DNA of 57,387 bases, filler included, from Dimargaris cristalligena (lineage: Eukaryota): the NCBI GenBank assembly GCA_003614675.1. It is 4 parts of 4 records of this genome, joined end to end, with 100 filler letters (N's around TTAATTAATTAA, not from the genome) between each part and the next. Parts side by side here need not be neighbours in the genome. Positions count along the whole stretch, not along the records: positions 28,830 to 43,060 come from ML002957.1; positions 43,161 to 57,387 come from ML002958.1; 2 more parts are not named here. The stretch is one strand, 5' to 3'. Within the stretch, counting starts at the first letter, position 1. Each line of letters starts with the position of its first letter. The translations under genes were made by a program, and so were the position numbers. The notes under the pieces are model-generated. The model was not told the origin of the DNA. It was given only the letters and a program-made list of their open reading frames with translations, and did no database searches. Shown here in pieces: positions 31,955 to 43,499 of the stretch.

Positions 31955-34320
31955 GGAGGGAATCCTAACAATTCTTTTTGAATAGAAATGTCGCTGCTTG
32001 TAAAAGTAATAGTAAATATAATAATAATAATATAAACATGTGATGGTCTGAATAAGCGACCTAAACGTCCGGAAATTTGTTGAATCGACAAGCCGGGCGG
32101 GGGAATCAAAGAGGTAAATAAGGCCAAAGACTGGCGAAGCGACAAAATCAATAGAACGGACAATGGGCTGTCCTATACAAGCCTTAACAAAGGGTTGTCA
32201 GAAGAAGTAAACAGCCTAAGCGAAGGGTGGTGGATTTCTTGACAGTCGGAGTGGGAAAGGTCAACTATAGGTGGCCTAGACCCTGAGCAAGTCCAACTCT
32301 GTGGGCACCTAAACTGAACTCTACTGAGCTAGGAGTGCGGGGAAAGTAGCCCCCTAGACGAACTTTATTCCGTGCCTGTACTGAGGACGCGGATAAGCCT
32401 GATGGGTAACAACCGTACAGGACGGGGTTTTAAAGCCAGGGCCATTGATACAACCGTTGTTTATGGTTAGTGTTTTTCCAAAGCCCAAGTAAGCCAATCC
32501 AGATGAAGCCCCCCCCCTTCCACCAAGCCAATCAATAGGTTAACTTTGTTTACTTCGGGTGGTAGAGTGTATATTGATCACGTGGATTTGCCAAATTATA
32601 CTTACTTGCCTCGTCTCTCTGTGAACGTGTTATATGATAGACCCATACCATAGTAGTTTCCAACTCAGTATTGTATCTTCCCCAAATACCACGTGGGTCA
32701 GCGAGTGCCCTTGCCTTAAACAGACGAGGTTCGTCATCGCCAACGTGCCAGGGAAAACTTGTCGCCGTGGGGGGGATACGGGGCCCGCTTCCGCCTAGTT
32801 CGTCGACTTACTTCGACTGCAGCTCCCACATCTGCTAATCTATGAGCCTGTTGCCCATCCTCGTGTCGTAATGAAGCATTCGGTATCTAATATCCGCAGA
32901 ATCCCCCATGCCACCGAGTCACGGCCATCCATACCATGCAGAGAAAACTAATTTTAGGCGTGGTTGGGGGTAGTTGGTGTTGTCGGTACACGATGCTATG
33001 TGGGTATATCCCCCCCATTCTGCGTACATCACTCTTCTACAAGTTGACGTAATTCTTCGGCTCCAGCAATAATGAACGACTGATTGCGGATTTATTTTCC
33101 ACACTGAGTCCGCCCCCTCCCCTTCGAAGTAGTCCGAATTTCGGATACTCTCACGCCAAAGTCCGAACTTTATATCTCGAAGGTATTTGGCTGTTGCTCC
33201 TGATATTGCCTGTCAATGTCGGGCGCGTGCTGGAGGTGGGTGGGGGTGTTGTAGTCAATAACCCATCCCTAATCTATAGAAGACCGATATTTTTGTATAT
33301 AAATATTCATGTGTGTATGTAATACCTAAACACCCGGACAGTACTAATGGTGAGAAATATGCTGGAACGAGTGAAGGTGGTACGCAAACAAGCCGATGAT
33401 TATACCCCCAATTTAAAGGACCGCCAGGGCCAGAGTCGTCGATTGGCGGGGATTGTCTCCCAAACATCGAACCATATTCGGCAACGTGAGACGAGCGACG
33501 AGTGTAATCTAGGCCCGGAAAGGGTCATTGGCCATAACATTAGAGCGGGGGATTTTACAGTAGGGGATGGCCCAGGCTTACCGCCACTACTTACTGTAGT
33601 AGGTAGTATTATGTCTCCCTTCTCCTGGATGCAATGGCATGGTTTCGCTTATATTAAAATGGGCTGAGGGGTATGGGGGTGGCTCCCATATCTACAAGAT
33701 ACTATACATCTTCTCTTTCTACACCCATCTGCTGTTGAATCAGCTGTTTGGCCAGCCCCAATAATAATATCAACGGCCGTGAAAGATATCCGAGCTAATG
33801 CCCCCCAGGAAATATAAGTTGGCTTTGTTTTAAAGTGAGGCACAGCGTAGCGGGCAGCCCAGCCTCTCACTTACTAACTTACTTACTTACTTACTCGCTG
33901 ACACTCACTCCCTCCCTCATTCAAACACTTGCTTAATCGCATTCTTCCGCTACTGCCATACATACTCTTTGGCGTTGACTCCGAAAAACAAAGCAGCCTC
34001 TCCTCTCTCTCTCTCTCCTTTTATTAGCAAGTCTCGGGGGGCTATATTGCTTAGCGCCATAGTCTCTGCATTATTCCCATATCCGCTTTCTTAACCCTCT
34101 AACACTTCCACCTTCGGCTTCTACTCCCTTGGCTTTTCCCGGCTACTCAGTGGGCTATTGCCTCCCCCTTATACTATTCCTATTCCTATTCTTATTCTTA
34201 TTATTCTTATACCTATCCTCATCCCAACCCAACCCTTCGCTTCACTTCAACTCTTTCCGACAAACCCACATATACGCCGACATTCCAATCACTTCACCGC
34301 CCTTATCTATTTTCGACCCC

Positions 34321-37300
34321 ATGTCCACCCCCACCAACCTGGGTCTGAAGGACCGCACCCCGGCCGAGACGCTCGGTTCCAATCCCGAGGAAACCGAGGC
34401 CCGCCTTAAAAACGCCCTGGACACTATCCGCGATCAGAATGCCGAGCTGGACAAGGCCGCCAAGTACCGTTACCAACTCAACTCCGAGAAGAAGGAGCTC
34501 ATCAATGAACTCAACCTCCAAAAGAATAATCTCCGCAGTATGCTGGGCGACGTGTGGGCCAGTAACTCGGACAGTGAGGACCACCCACCCCACCCTCCCT
34601 TCCCGCGGCACCTGTCCGTGCAACCCACCTCCCCCAGCGGAGGAGGAACAGGTGGTCGTCCCTTGCCCCACTCGTTCCGGCGGGCCACTACTTTCCAGTC
34701 CGACAACCAACGCATGCTCCATAGCGCCCAGCGGGAGGGGCAGGACTATAAGACCCGGCTGGCCAAGTCCGAAATCCGACTGTCCGAACTGGAGGCCAAG
34801 CACGAAACCGTGCTCCAGACCCATGCCAAGGCCCTGCGCAAACTCGACCAAAAACTCGTCCAGACCCAACAGGCCCACAAGAACACCCAAAAGACCGTGG
34901 ACATGTTGCACGAGGAGCGCGAGCGGCTCATCCAACGTCACCACAAGGAAATCAAACTGGTGCGCGACCGGCTCGAACGCGACCTGGCCGAACTGCAGAG
35001 TTCGTTCGTGGCCCAGGAGGCCCGGTTCGACCAACGGACCGTGCAACTCCAGAACCGGAACGGCCAACTCGAAGCGCAACTCCGGATGGTCCAGATGCAA
35101 AAAAGTTCCCTCGAAGAAAACGTCCATGATTTGGTCAAGGAATTCACCGAAAAAATCGCCCGCATCGAGGAACTGGAACAGCTCGTCGAAATTGGGGACC
35201 AGTACCGTGAACAGTACGAACAGCAAACGGAAGCCATGCAGGCCCTGCAGGTGGAGCTCGAGGATAGTCGGACCCGACTGCAAATGCGCCTTACCCCCAG
35301 TCCGTCCCCCGCCGCGTCGAGCTCCTCCCTACACCACCCTCCTCCTCATCATCATCCATCACAGCATCCGGCCCCCGGGACGGCCAACCAGGCCTCGTTT
35401 ATCCGGTCCGAGTACCCCTTTGTGGAAGTATCCGACGACGAATACATCCAGAGCCAGGGTCGGGGACCCCGGCGGCCGCATAACCGCGAACAACGCCTGG
35501 TACGCCGGGCGGTCACCCAAAGTGCCCAGCAGAAAACCCGACTGGTCCAGGATTTGGCTACCCCCCACGACGGACCCGCCTTATCCGCGGTGGCCGCCGT
35601 GGCTGCTGCTGCCGCCGCGGCGCAGGGGCAGGGTAACCCGGTCTTATCCCTCCAAAACCAGAAGGAAGCCCTGGAAAGGGAAACCGACCGGCTGATCCAA
35701 ACCCTGGGGGCCGCTATTGCGTCGCGGGGCAAAGCCATCTTTACCGGCCCGTTGAATTCCTGGGGTAAGAATTGGTTGGCCCGGAACCGTAGTGCATCGA
35801 GCCCCGGAAACCACCCGGGAGGGGGGGAGAGAGCGGCGGTGGTCGCCCACGGCGACGGTCCGAAAAAGGGGGACTCCCAGGGGGCGAAGTCCCACCGGCC
35901 TTCAACTACTACTACGGGTGCTTCTTCGGCTTCCTTTACCAGTGCCCCGAACGGTGGTGGTGGTGCTAAGGGAGGGGTGACGGCTACGATCGCGCTTGAT
36001 TCCTCCGAAACCCAGTGTTCCTCCCCGCCCAAGGTGCCACCCACCTCGGCGCCGGCCAAACTGGTCTCGGCCGATATCCCGACCTTCATGATGTCCCCTC
36101 CGGACGCCCATGTGCCCAACCTTGCCGTGGAGGAAACCGCCGCTTCCGTCGAACTTGACCCGGCGTTCGCGAGTCTACTCGGGGGGGATGCAATGCCGTT
36201 ACCAACGACGAGCCTGGACTTCTTCCAGAAACACCAGCCCCCTTCGCCTCCCCCCGGTGGGTTTCGCACGTCCGTGGGGCTGCACGACAACGGTCATCAG
36301 CACCACTACCTTCATCCGTCCCACCGCGGATCCGGTGATGATCACCAGGTTCTGGACGACGGATACATGGATGAGGACATTTTGGGTCAGTCGATGGTGG
36401 CCCACGCCTTAACCACCAGTTTCCAAGAGTATATGGGCGATATTCCCCAAGGAGGCGGTAGTAGAGGACGCCGTCGGAGCTCTACTTCGGCCCGGGGTCG
36501 TCGTGGCTTACCCACTAAACGACCCCTCGCTCCGTCCCGGGCCCCGGAATCCACGGCCGCCCTTAACTTCTCCGCCCTGTCCATGGACGGTCCCGACCAT
36601 TCGATGCTACTGGAAGGAGCAGTAGACACCCCCGATGACGGTGATGCCGTTAATGATGATGTCATCCCCAAAGGAATGGAAACCCTGGCTTCAATTAAGG
36701 CGCTTGATACTTGGGCAGCGGCGGCGGGACCTGATAGCGGTCATGACGACCCCGAGCATGGCCACGACTCGCTGTTAGATAATCCTAATCGGGGCCACCG
36801 TGGTCTACCGACGACCGGGGGATCGGCCAAGAAACGGGTGACGATCAGCCAAGAGGCCGTCGGACCGGACGGAGGGGATCACGTCTTCCCTAATTTGACC
36901 ACTTGGTTGCGGAATGCCACCCCACTGGTCAAAGTAGCCCACCACTTTACTTCCCCTGGACATTCGCCGCCCCCCTCTTCTTCGACTGCTGCGCACCCCC
37001 CTCCCTCCCACTCCACCGGGAGTCAGGTGGGCGGTTACTACGATTCGGCAGCAGCAGCATCATCATCATCCACAACCGCCCGGGAGCGCGGCCCTTTACA
37101 CCGGCGCCGTATTCCCGGGGATAAACCCTACCATTCGGCACCCAATTCCTCCCGGACTAACTTGGGCCACACTAGTACTAGTCATCTGAACTTAAGTACT
37201 TCGTTCGGTGACTCCGTGCTCGGCTCGGGTTCGGGATCCGGGGCCGGCGCTCCTCGGCACCGCCCCGTTTCAACCTATGAACGTCTCATTCGGTGGTTGA

Positions 37301-37419
37301 TGCGGTTCCTGTCGACTTTGTACCGGTGGTTCAAATTCATTTGTTTCCTGGTGTGTGGTTTCGCTTTGGTATTACTCGAAGGTCCCAATGGCACTTTCGG
37401 CAAACGCTACATTAGTTAA
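34321..37419 (+). CDS. Uncharacterised coiled-coil protein with disordered middle and single C-terminal transmembrane helix (tail-anchored)
   Basis: First ATG at 34321; 1032-aa intronless ORF. Heptad-rich N-terminal third. C-terminus RWFKFICFLVCGFALVLLEGPNGTFGKRYIS*. Confidence 0.82.
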   Translation: MSTPTNLGLKDRTPAETLGSNPEETEARLKNALDTIRDQNAELDKAAKYRYQLNSEKKELINELNLQKNNLRSMLGDVWASNSDSEDHPPHPPFPRHLSVQPTSPSGGGTGGRPLPHSFRRATTFQSDNQRMLHSAQREGQDYKTRLAKSEIRLSELEAKHETVLQTHAKALRKLDQKLVQTQQAHKNTQKTVDMLHEERERLIQRHHKEIKLVRDRLERDLAELQSSFVAQEARFDQRTVQLQNRNGQLEAQLRMVQMQKSSLEENVHDLVKEFTEKIARIEELEQLVEIGDQYREQYEQQTEAMQALQVELEDSRTRLQMRLTPSPSPAASSSSLHHPPPHHHPSQHPAPGTANQASFIRSEYPFVEVSDDEYIQSQGRGPRRPHNREQRLVRRAVTQSAQQKTRLVQDLATPHDGPALSAVAAVAAAAAAAQGQGNPVLSLQNQKEALERETDRLIQTLGAAIASRGKAIFTGPLNSWGKNWLARNRSASSPGNHPGGGERAAVVAHGDGPKKGDSQGAKSHRPSTTTTGASSASFTSAPNGGGGAKGGVTATIALDSSETQCSSPPKVPPTSAPAKLVSADIPTFMMSPPDAHVPNLAVEETAASVELDPAFASLLGGDAMPLPTTSLDFFQKHQPPSPPPGGFRTSVGLHDNGHQHHYLHPSHRGSGDDHQVLDDGYMDEDILGQSMVAHALTTSFQEYMGDIPQGGGSRGRRRSSTSARGRRGLPTKRPLAPSRAPESTAALNFSALSMDGPDHSMLLEGAVDTPDDGDAVNDDVIPKGMETLASIKALDTWAAAAGPDSGHDDPEHGHDSLLDNPNRGHRGLPTTGGSAKKRVTISQEAVGPDGGDHVFPNLTTWLRNATPLVKVAHHFTSPGHSPPPSSSTAAHPPPSHSTGSQVGGYYDSAAAASSSSTTARERGPLHRRRIPGDKPYHSAPNSSRTNLGHTSTSHLNLSTSFGDSVLGSGSGSGAGAPRHRPVSTYERLIRWLMRFLSTLYRWFKFICFLVCGFALVLLEGPNGTFGKRYIS

Positions 37420-38498
37420 ATGTTTCAGGCTGGTGTTTCTATATCTTTTTATTTATATTTCCATATTTCGAATTGTTATTATTATTATTATTATTTAAAA
37501 AACGAAGATATATTTCCCCTGCTATAATTATTATTTAATTATTATCAGTAACTCTATTTATTCATCTGTTGAAGAGATCATCAGATCAGCATATTATCCA
37601 CGTCTCATTTAATCACCCTTTTTTCTTTGGCGATGGTTGTCCAAGGTCTCATACATTATTTTATTCTTGACCTTTCGTTACGATTGGTACCCTCCATTAT
37701 CCCCTACCCTGCCTGTAGTTGTTTACGATTAGATCCGAATACGATCTAAGTTATTGCAGTTATTTTATTAATTTATTCGAACAATTACGAAAATAATTTG
37801 ATGTTTTAGTTTGGTGGCCCCATTTGAGCCACCACCATTGGAATGATCTGGTTATATATATACATACATAAAATTATAAATATAGTTGTATCTATTTATT
37901 TCAGCGTACTACTAATCACCCAAAACGAGCTGAAATTAAACTATGGGAAATGTGGTTGAGGAGGATATAACGTGGAATTTTCCATTTTGGCCACTCTAGT
38001 CTTAACCCCAATGGGAGCATAGGGACAGCAGCTCTCGTATAACGGATGGTGCGATATTTATTTATTTATAGTTCGCAAAATACAAGAGTTTCGAATATAG
38101 GATAAACAACCACAGGAGAACGGGTGGATTAAAACCCACTGAAATGCTGAATGGGGGGTGGTCAGACTGGAATTTCAAGCTCCGTCCTCTAATAGAGTAG
38201 AAATGTGGGATATTCATGCCGATAGAATAGCTGGCTGATGGGGGAGGGGATATAAAAAGGAGAATAATAAATAATATATTAAGTCGGCAATTGACCGGCA
38301 GAAAGTGATAATCCGAGGATACAGAAAATGGAATTCCCCGCGTTCAATTTTTTTTTTTAAAAAAAAGAGGGATGTAATATAAAGTACAACGTACGTGCAA
38401 TGGGAGGGTAGTAGAAATGTGCAATAAAAAAAAGGGACAGAGAGTTTGAGTGCAACCCAGAGAATGGGAAGGGGTGAGAAATGGGCAAATAAAAGGCG

Positions 38499-39811
38499 TT
38501 AATGAATGCCTTCGGTTGGGTCGGGTCCTTCGAGTTTCTTGAAATGTTCGCAAACGATACGAACGTTGCTCGTAAGTGTGGCAATGGCTTATAATCCAGT
38601 GACAGTGGGGCATTACGGGCAGAGGAAAAGGTCGGAAATTAGTGGGAGGGGAACAGGACGCTGTCACGAAACATATTGCAATGGCAAGTAGGAGTGGGTC
38701 ACATATGGACATTCGGTTTCCGAGCTGTGCCGACAATCTACCAATGATAGAATTATCGGCCTGGCGATACAGCGAGTAAGAAGATGCAAGCGAGTGAAGG
38801 GATAAGTGTGCACTTACTCATATTGGGGTTGGTGGTGGTGGCCATCAGCACGGTATTCTTGGTAAAATTCGTAATAATCAGAATAAAGTCCTTTTGCCGA
38901 ATCCGGATAGTCTTGAATGACGTAGACCGTTTGTTATTGAGGGCCAAGTTAAAGCTCTTGAGGACGGACGAAAGTTGGTCAAACGTGAGGTTGTTGGTCG
39001 AATTCGGATGGGCCTGGTGTTCGGCAATGGCCAAAAACGACGATTTCTCGAACAAGACGACTTCAGCCACGTCCGCCACGGCGCAGAACTGCTGAAGGTG
39101 TTGGCGGATAAGATCAATGTTCGGCATGATGGAGTTCATGATTTTCGACCACGCGCGGTACAGCGAGGGTTCGAAAATGGACGTGCCATAGATTTCCACG
39201 GGCATTTTACCCGTCCGTTTACGAAGTTCCACCGTTTTATCGTGAATGACCTTATCCTGCACGTCCGTTCCTACGAGATCCATTTTATGGAGGAGACACA
39301 CCACTTTGGCGTCTTTGGAGTAGAAACGGATGGCCTCCAGGCATTGGTCAAAGTAGGCCAACTCACCGTCGAACTCCCGGTTTTCCATATCAAAGACATA
39401 AATAAGCATCTCGACGCTTTTAAAAATGTACTCGCGCTGGGTGGAGAAGAAGCTGAACATAAAGTTTTCTTGACCACCGCAGTCCCATAATGCCAGTTGG
39501 AGGCGGCCGAGGACCCGAACGGACACGTGTTCGACGTCCATTGTGGCGCCCAGTCGGCGGGTATCGTAGGGGGAATAGTGGGAGAAGATGATGGACCGCA
39601 TGGAGGTTTTGCCGGACCCACTTTTCCCCAACAGTAGAATCTAAAGGGTGGAGAGGCGGTTGTGGTATTCATAATGAACAGGGTTAATTCACCGAGAGTT
39701 GCTGAGACGCTTCGAAAATACATATCTATCAATACGACAGGTGCTGCGTGGATATACCTTCCTTGTGTGTAGGAAATTGCTTACCTTCTTTTTCGTTTCG
39801 TAGGAACTCAT
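38499..39811 (-). CDS. GTR1: Rag GTPase Gtr1/RagA, complement(join(38499..38587,38818..39640,39785..39811)), 312 aa
   Basis: KKKILLLGKSGSGKTSMRSIIF, RRLGAT, LWDCGGQE, LIYVFD, LHKMD, TSIF..SLYRAWS, EVVLFEK and C-terminal CEHFKKLE. Both introns are GT-AG with consistent phases. Confidence 0.95.
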
Positions 39812-40657
39812 GGTGAATGGTGGTGAAGGTAGGGGGTTACAAGAGCCAATGGACTAAGACCAGGACAATGCGGCCGGTTTACTATTTTGGGTATCTTTCC
39901 AATGAGAAGTGGAATTGCCGGTGCTTGAAAGTGAATGAAGTTGGGCCTGGATAAGTGGTAAATGGTAGCTGGAGTTCATGGGGGAGGAGTGGCGGAGTAA
40001 GAAAGAGGGTAGCTGCAGGGCTCGACTGACAGATGACTTATTACTTTTGTACTCTGGTCAATGGGAGGTTAAGCAGGACCATCGCTCGTTTTCACTTTCA
40101 CTTTGACTTGGAGGCCTGTAGAGGGAGGGGGAGGGGGGGAGGTTAAAATCCGGGACCCTGAAAGGGCGAGAGGAAACTAAATGCCGCCGCCTCCCTTCAT
40201 AGTCTGTTGTAAGGCAGGGTGGGGCGTATATGCGTCATTGAATCACGTGCCCTGGGCTGTTCAGTCAGAGTGGGGATGCGCATTGAGTCATGCCCATTGG
40301 TTGAGTGTGAAGTTCTTGGATTCTTCCTCCCCCAACGTCTCAATTGCTCTCTACAACCTCAGCCATTAACTCCCTATTTACACCAATATTTGATCCCCTG
40401 GGCCTGGCATAAAGAAAGCAGCCGCCATCATGTGGTAAGGTAAGATTGAATGCTGGTAGAAAGAGGGAGGGAGGGGAATTCCCCCAGCCCCTGCGAATGC
40501 TCTTACACAAGCCAATCCAAAACCCAGTGAATCGTGAAGGAACACAGCCTCCAGAAACAAGCTTAGCACAATCTCTCATTCGTAGACAGAGTAGTCCCTT
40601 TCATTCCTCAATTTCCACCCCTTTATCCCTTCTAGTCTACCCGATTCTGCCTCTACG

Positions 40658-42071
40658 ATGGATCCCTCCACCCCTTCGAATGAGACTCCGATGGTCCCTA
40701 ACCCCAAAAATGTACGGCCTTCTATAGCACCATGCCATTTTCAGCAAATGGAACATGAAGGCCATCGTCAAAGAAGCCTACGCTAAATAGACCCGGCTAT
40801 TCCGTTTGGCTACCACTCCCCCGCCTCTAGATGCCTAGCCTCCCCTCTCCCAGCCCAATACTCATGCCTAGCCTATATCCATCCTTATTATTATTCCCTT
40901 TATTATACTTTCACGCTCAACCGTTCAGTTAAGTATCTATGACGAAAGTCAGGTACAACCCCAGCCGCCACTGGGCCCGACCCGTCTCCAAATCGCCGTT
41001 AAGCAGTCCCGGGAGCGCGTTGAGCGTTTTGTTCACTTATCCAAGGTAAGTTCTAGTACTAGTCACCCAAGCCAAGAGCGCTTCCGTAATGCTTACCCCG
41101 TTTTTGTTTTTATTAAAAAAATAATGTATGAAAAATGATGATTAATTCACCCCATGTCCCAGACTAATACTTACACTCTTAACGTTAAACACAATCCTCG
41201 CTATATGAAATCACACTTTGATAAATTCGGCTAGGCCCACGGTCAAATGGCTGTCGACCGCTGGATCGATCTGGAACACCGTGCCGAAGGTATAGCTTAG
41301 GATTATTTGATCAAACACATATCTTACTCCTATTTCGACTAGCGATCAATCAGCATCGCCCATACTGCCCCAGTGACTCCCCACCACCCACAGTCACGAT
41401 GAGTTAATGTATTTCCACGTATTGACGGCCAAACCCTCTGAACTTTAAACCTGCACCTGTGAAATATATATCTGTATTGTCTAGACTCCGTCCGGAATAC
41501 TGTCCCCAAGGGCGAGAAGCTCTTTCCGGGTGCCCTCTATGTCGCCGTTGCCGGTCTGGCTGGGTCGGTATTCGCCCGTAGACGTAAGTCTCCCATTTGA
41601 ATAATCCGATTTGCATGCTCCCTAAACCCTTCTCCCTTCCAATCTAACCAATACGTTGCCACTATGTCCCCAATATACCGGGATTATGTTTGATCAATCC
41701 CTAAGACTCACTTTGGACTATTCCTTAACTTCATTAACCCCCTTCCCCCATCGTATCAACCACATCCCCCAATATATACTACCTCATCTACTCCAGGCAA
41801 TTTCCTAGTCCGCTGGACCGCCCCGGTGTTCTTCGCCGCCGCCTCTTCCTTCTATTTTCTCCCGGGTACCGCGCGTACCCTGAGCCGTAGACTATATGAT
41901 ACCTACGGTGATGAGCAGACCGAGCGACAGGCCCGAAACACCATCCATCAACTGACCGGTCTTGGTAGTAAGCTGAGCCACCAGGTCGAGTCGACCGTGC
42001 ATGATGCGCGTGCCTCGTTGGTCGATTCAGTGCGTAGCCTAGAATCCAAGTCGGACAAGCCCCAAAAATAA
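40658..42071 (+). CDS. MIC26: MICOS subunit Mic26/Mic27 (apolipoprotein O family), join(40658..40711,40929..41045,41235..41289,41485..41583,41797..42071), 199 aa
   Basis: Manually spliced with four phase-consistent GT-AG introns: LSIYD...PTRLQIAV...VDRWIDLEH...EKLFPGALYVAVAGLAGSVFARRRNFLVRWTAP....YFLPGT, typical of fungal ApoO/MICOS proteins. Mic26 vs Mic27 cannot be resolved from sequence alone. Confidence 0.88.
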
Positions 42072-43005
42072 AAAGAGTGGTATTCTCTCTCAGCAATATG
42101 TGACCACCCCCCCCCTCCCCCCCACCTACGACACTTATTAAGCCGACCATTCTTAAAAATTGTATGCGCGTACGTATGAGGGGGTGAAAGGCAGAAGGGG
42201 GGAGGGAGTTCAAAAAGACAGGCATATCCCCTCTTGATTCCTGGCGCCTATTTATTGAATTATTATTCCAATTATCATTATATCCTTCTTTCTCAGCTTA
42301 TCCGATTAAAGTTCAGGCGATAAACCATTGAAATCGTATTAAAATTGTTTACCCCCACAAAAGAAAACGAAACACAATTTCTAAGCTTTTATACCACACA
42401 CTTGCAGGTTGGATATGGGAGAAGTTCATTCAGGCTGTATAATGAAAAATCCATTGGATGAGGCCAATATTACCGGTTAAAAGTTATTCTCACATATTCG
42501 CCCATACACGTATTGTGTAAAACCTTATACAGCTGGTTTGAATTTCTCCCATATGGTGGACGCGGACACTATGATCAAAGTACATATAACAGTGGTGTCG
42601 TTGGTCTGCATAACCAGATTGTAGGTCTAAAACAGCCATCCCTCCCGTTTTCCTCGAAAAATATATCATAAAACTTCTTACACAGCCGGCATATAGTGTA
42701 CGCTTATGGACAATTTAAAGCTATAACTGCCTAGACTGATGTGTTTCGGCAATCCTTCGTAATATAGACAATCTGGTGGGTTAGACTATTTAGATTAGCA
42801 AGTGGATTTTTGCCAGGACAATATATCTTAATCGACTTCCTGGTAAATTAAAAATAGAATTATCATATTAGCTTGCATTAGATTCCCTCCCTCTCCCTCA
42901 GCATCCACATATCAACCATTACTATTCGCCAAATACAGCAAAAGTATGTAATCTCATCTATGATAGCGACTTCATTAGTTCATAATGGTCAAAAATAAGA
43001 ATCAA

Positions 43006-43060
43006 TGCCGTTGGCAGGAATCGAACCTGCGTCGGCGCGGCCACAACGCGATGTACTGCC
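43006..43060 (-). tRNA. tRNA-His: tRNA-His (GTG), 5'-truncated by the contig end
   Basis: Reverse complement GGCAGTACATCGCGTTGTGGCCGCGCCGACGCAGGTTCGATTCCTGCCAACGGCA: anticodon loop TTGTGGC, T-arm GCAGG-TTCGATT-CCTGC, 3' acceptor strand. T5 Pol III terminator at 42991-42995. Confidence 0.9.
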
Positions 43061-43160
43061 NNNNNNNNNNNNNNNNNNNNNNNNNNNNNNNNNNNNNNNN
43101 NNNNTTAATTAATTAANNNNNNNNNNNNNNNNNNNNNNNNNNNNNNNNNNNNNNNNNNNN
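43061..43160. other. Artificial contig-joining linker
   Basis: 44 N + TTAATTAATTAA + 44 N. Confidence 0.97.
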
Positions 43161-43499
43161 GGGGGCAGGGGTGGTCGAAGTCTCGATGGGGGCAGGGGTG
43201 GTCGAAGTCTCGATGGGGGCAGGGGTGGTCGTAGGGACGACTTCGGTGTTGGACACAGAGGTGGACTCAGTAGCAGACGGGGTCATGGTGGGAAGAACAT
43301 CGGTGGCGGTGAAGATGTTCGTGGGGGTTGGGAGCGGGGGCCACTCAATGGTGGGGTACACGGGAGTGGTGGTGGTTTGGGGCTTGGGACGGCACTTCTG
43401 GCGAAGACGGCCGGCGCTACCGCCAACCGCGGGGGCGGCGAGGGCCGTGGAACTCGTCAGAGCAATAGCAACCAGTGCTAATAAAGACAGACGGACCAT
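43161..43499 (-). CDS. Secreted Thr/Pro-rich mucin-like or cell-wall protein with TTPAPIETS repeats, 3'-truncated
   Basis: Signal peptide MVRLSLLALVAIALTSSTALA, then KCRPKP and a Thr/Pro-rich region. Perfect 27-nt tandem repeats at 43161-43230 run into the contig end. Confidence 0.85.

Noticed and set aside
34303-36290. Overlapping ORFs of 312-418 aa inside the coiled-coil gene
   Set aside because: High GC3 coding sequence suppresses stops in other frames; no motifs.
38753-38817. Hydrophobic C-terminal tail on the Gtr1 ORF
   Set aside because: Read-through into intron 2; the real last exon is 38499..38587.
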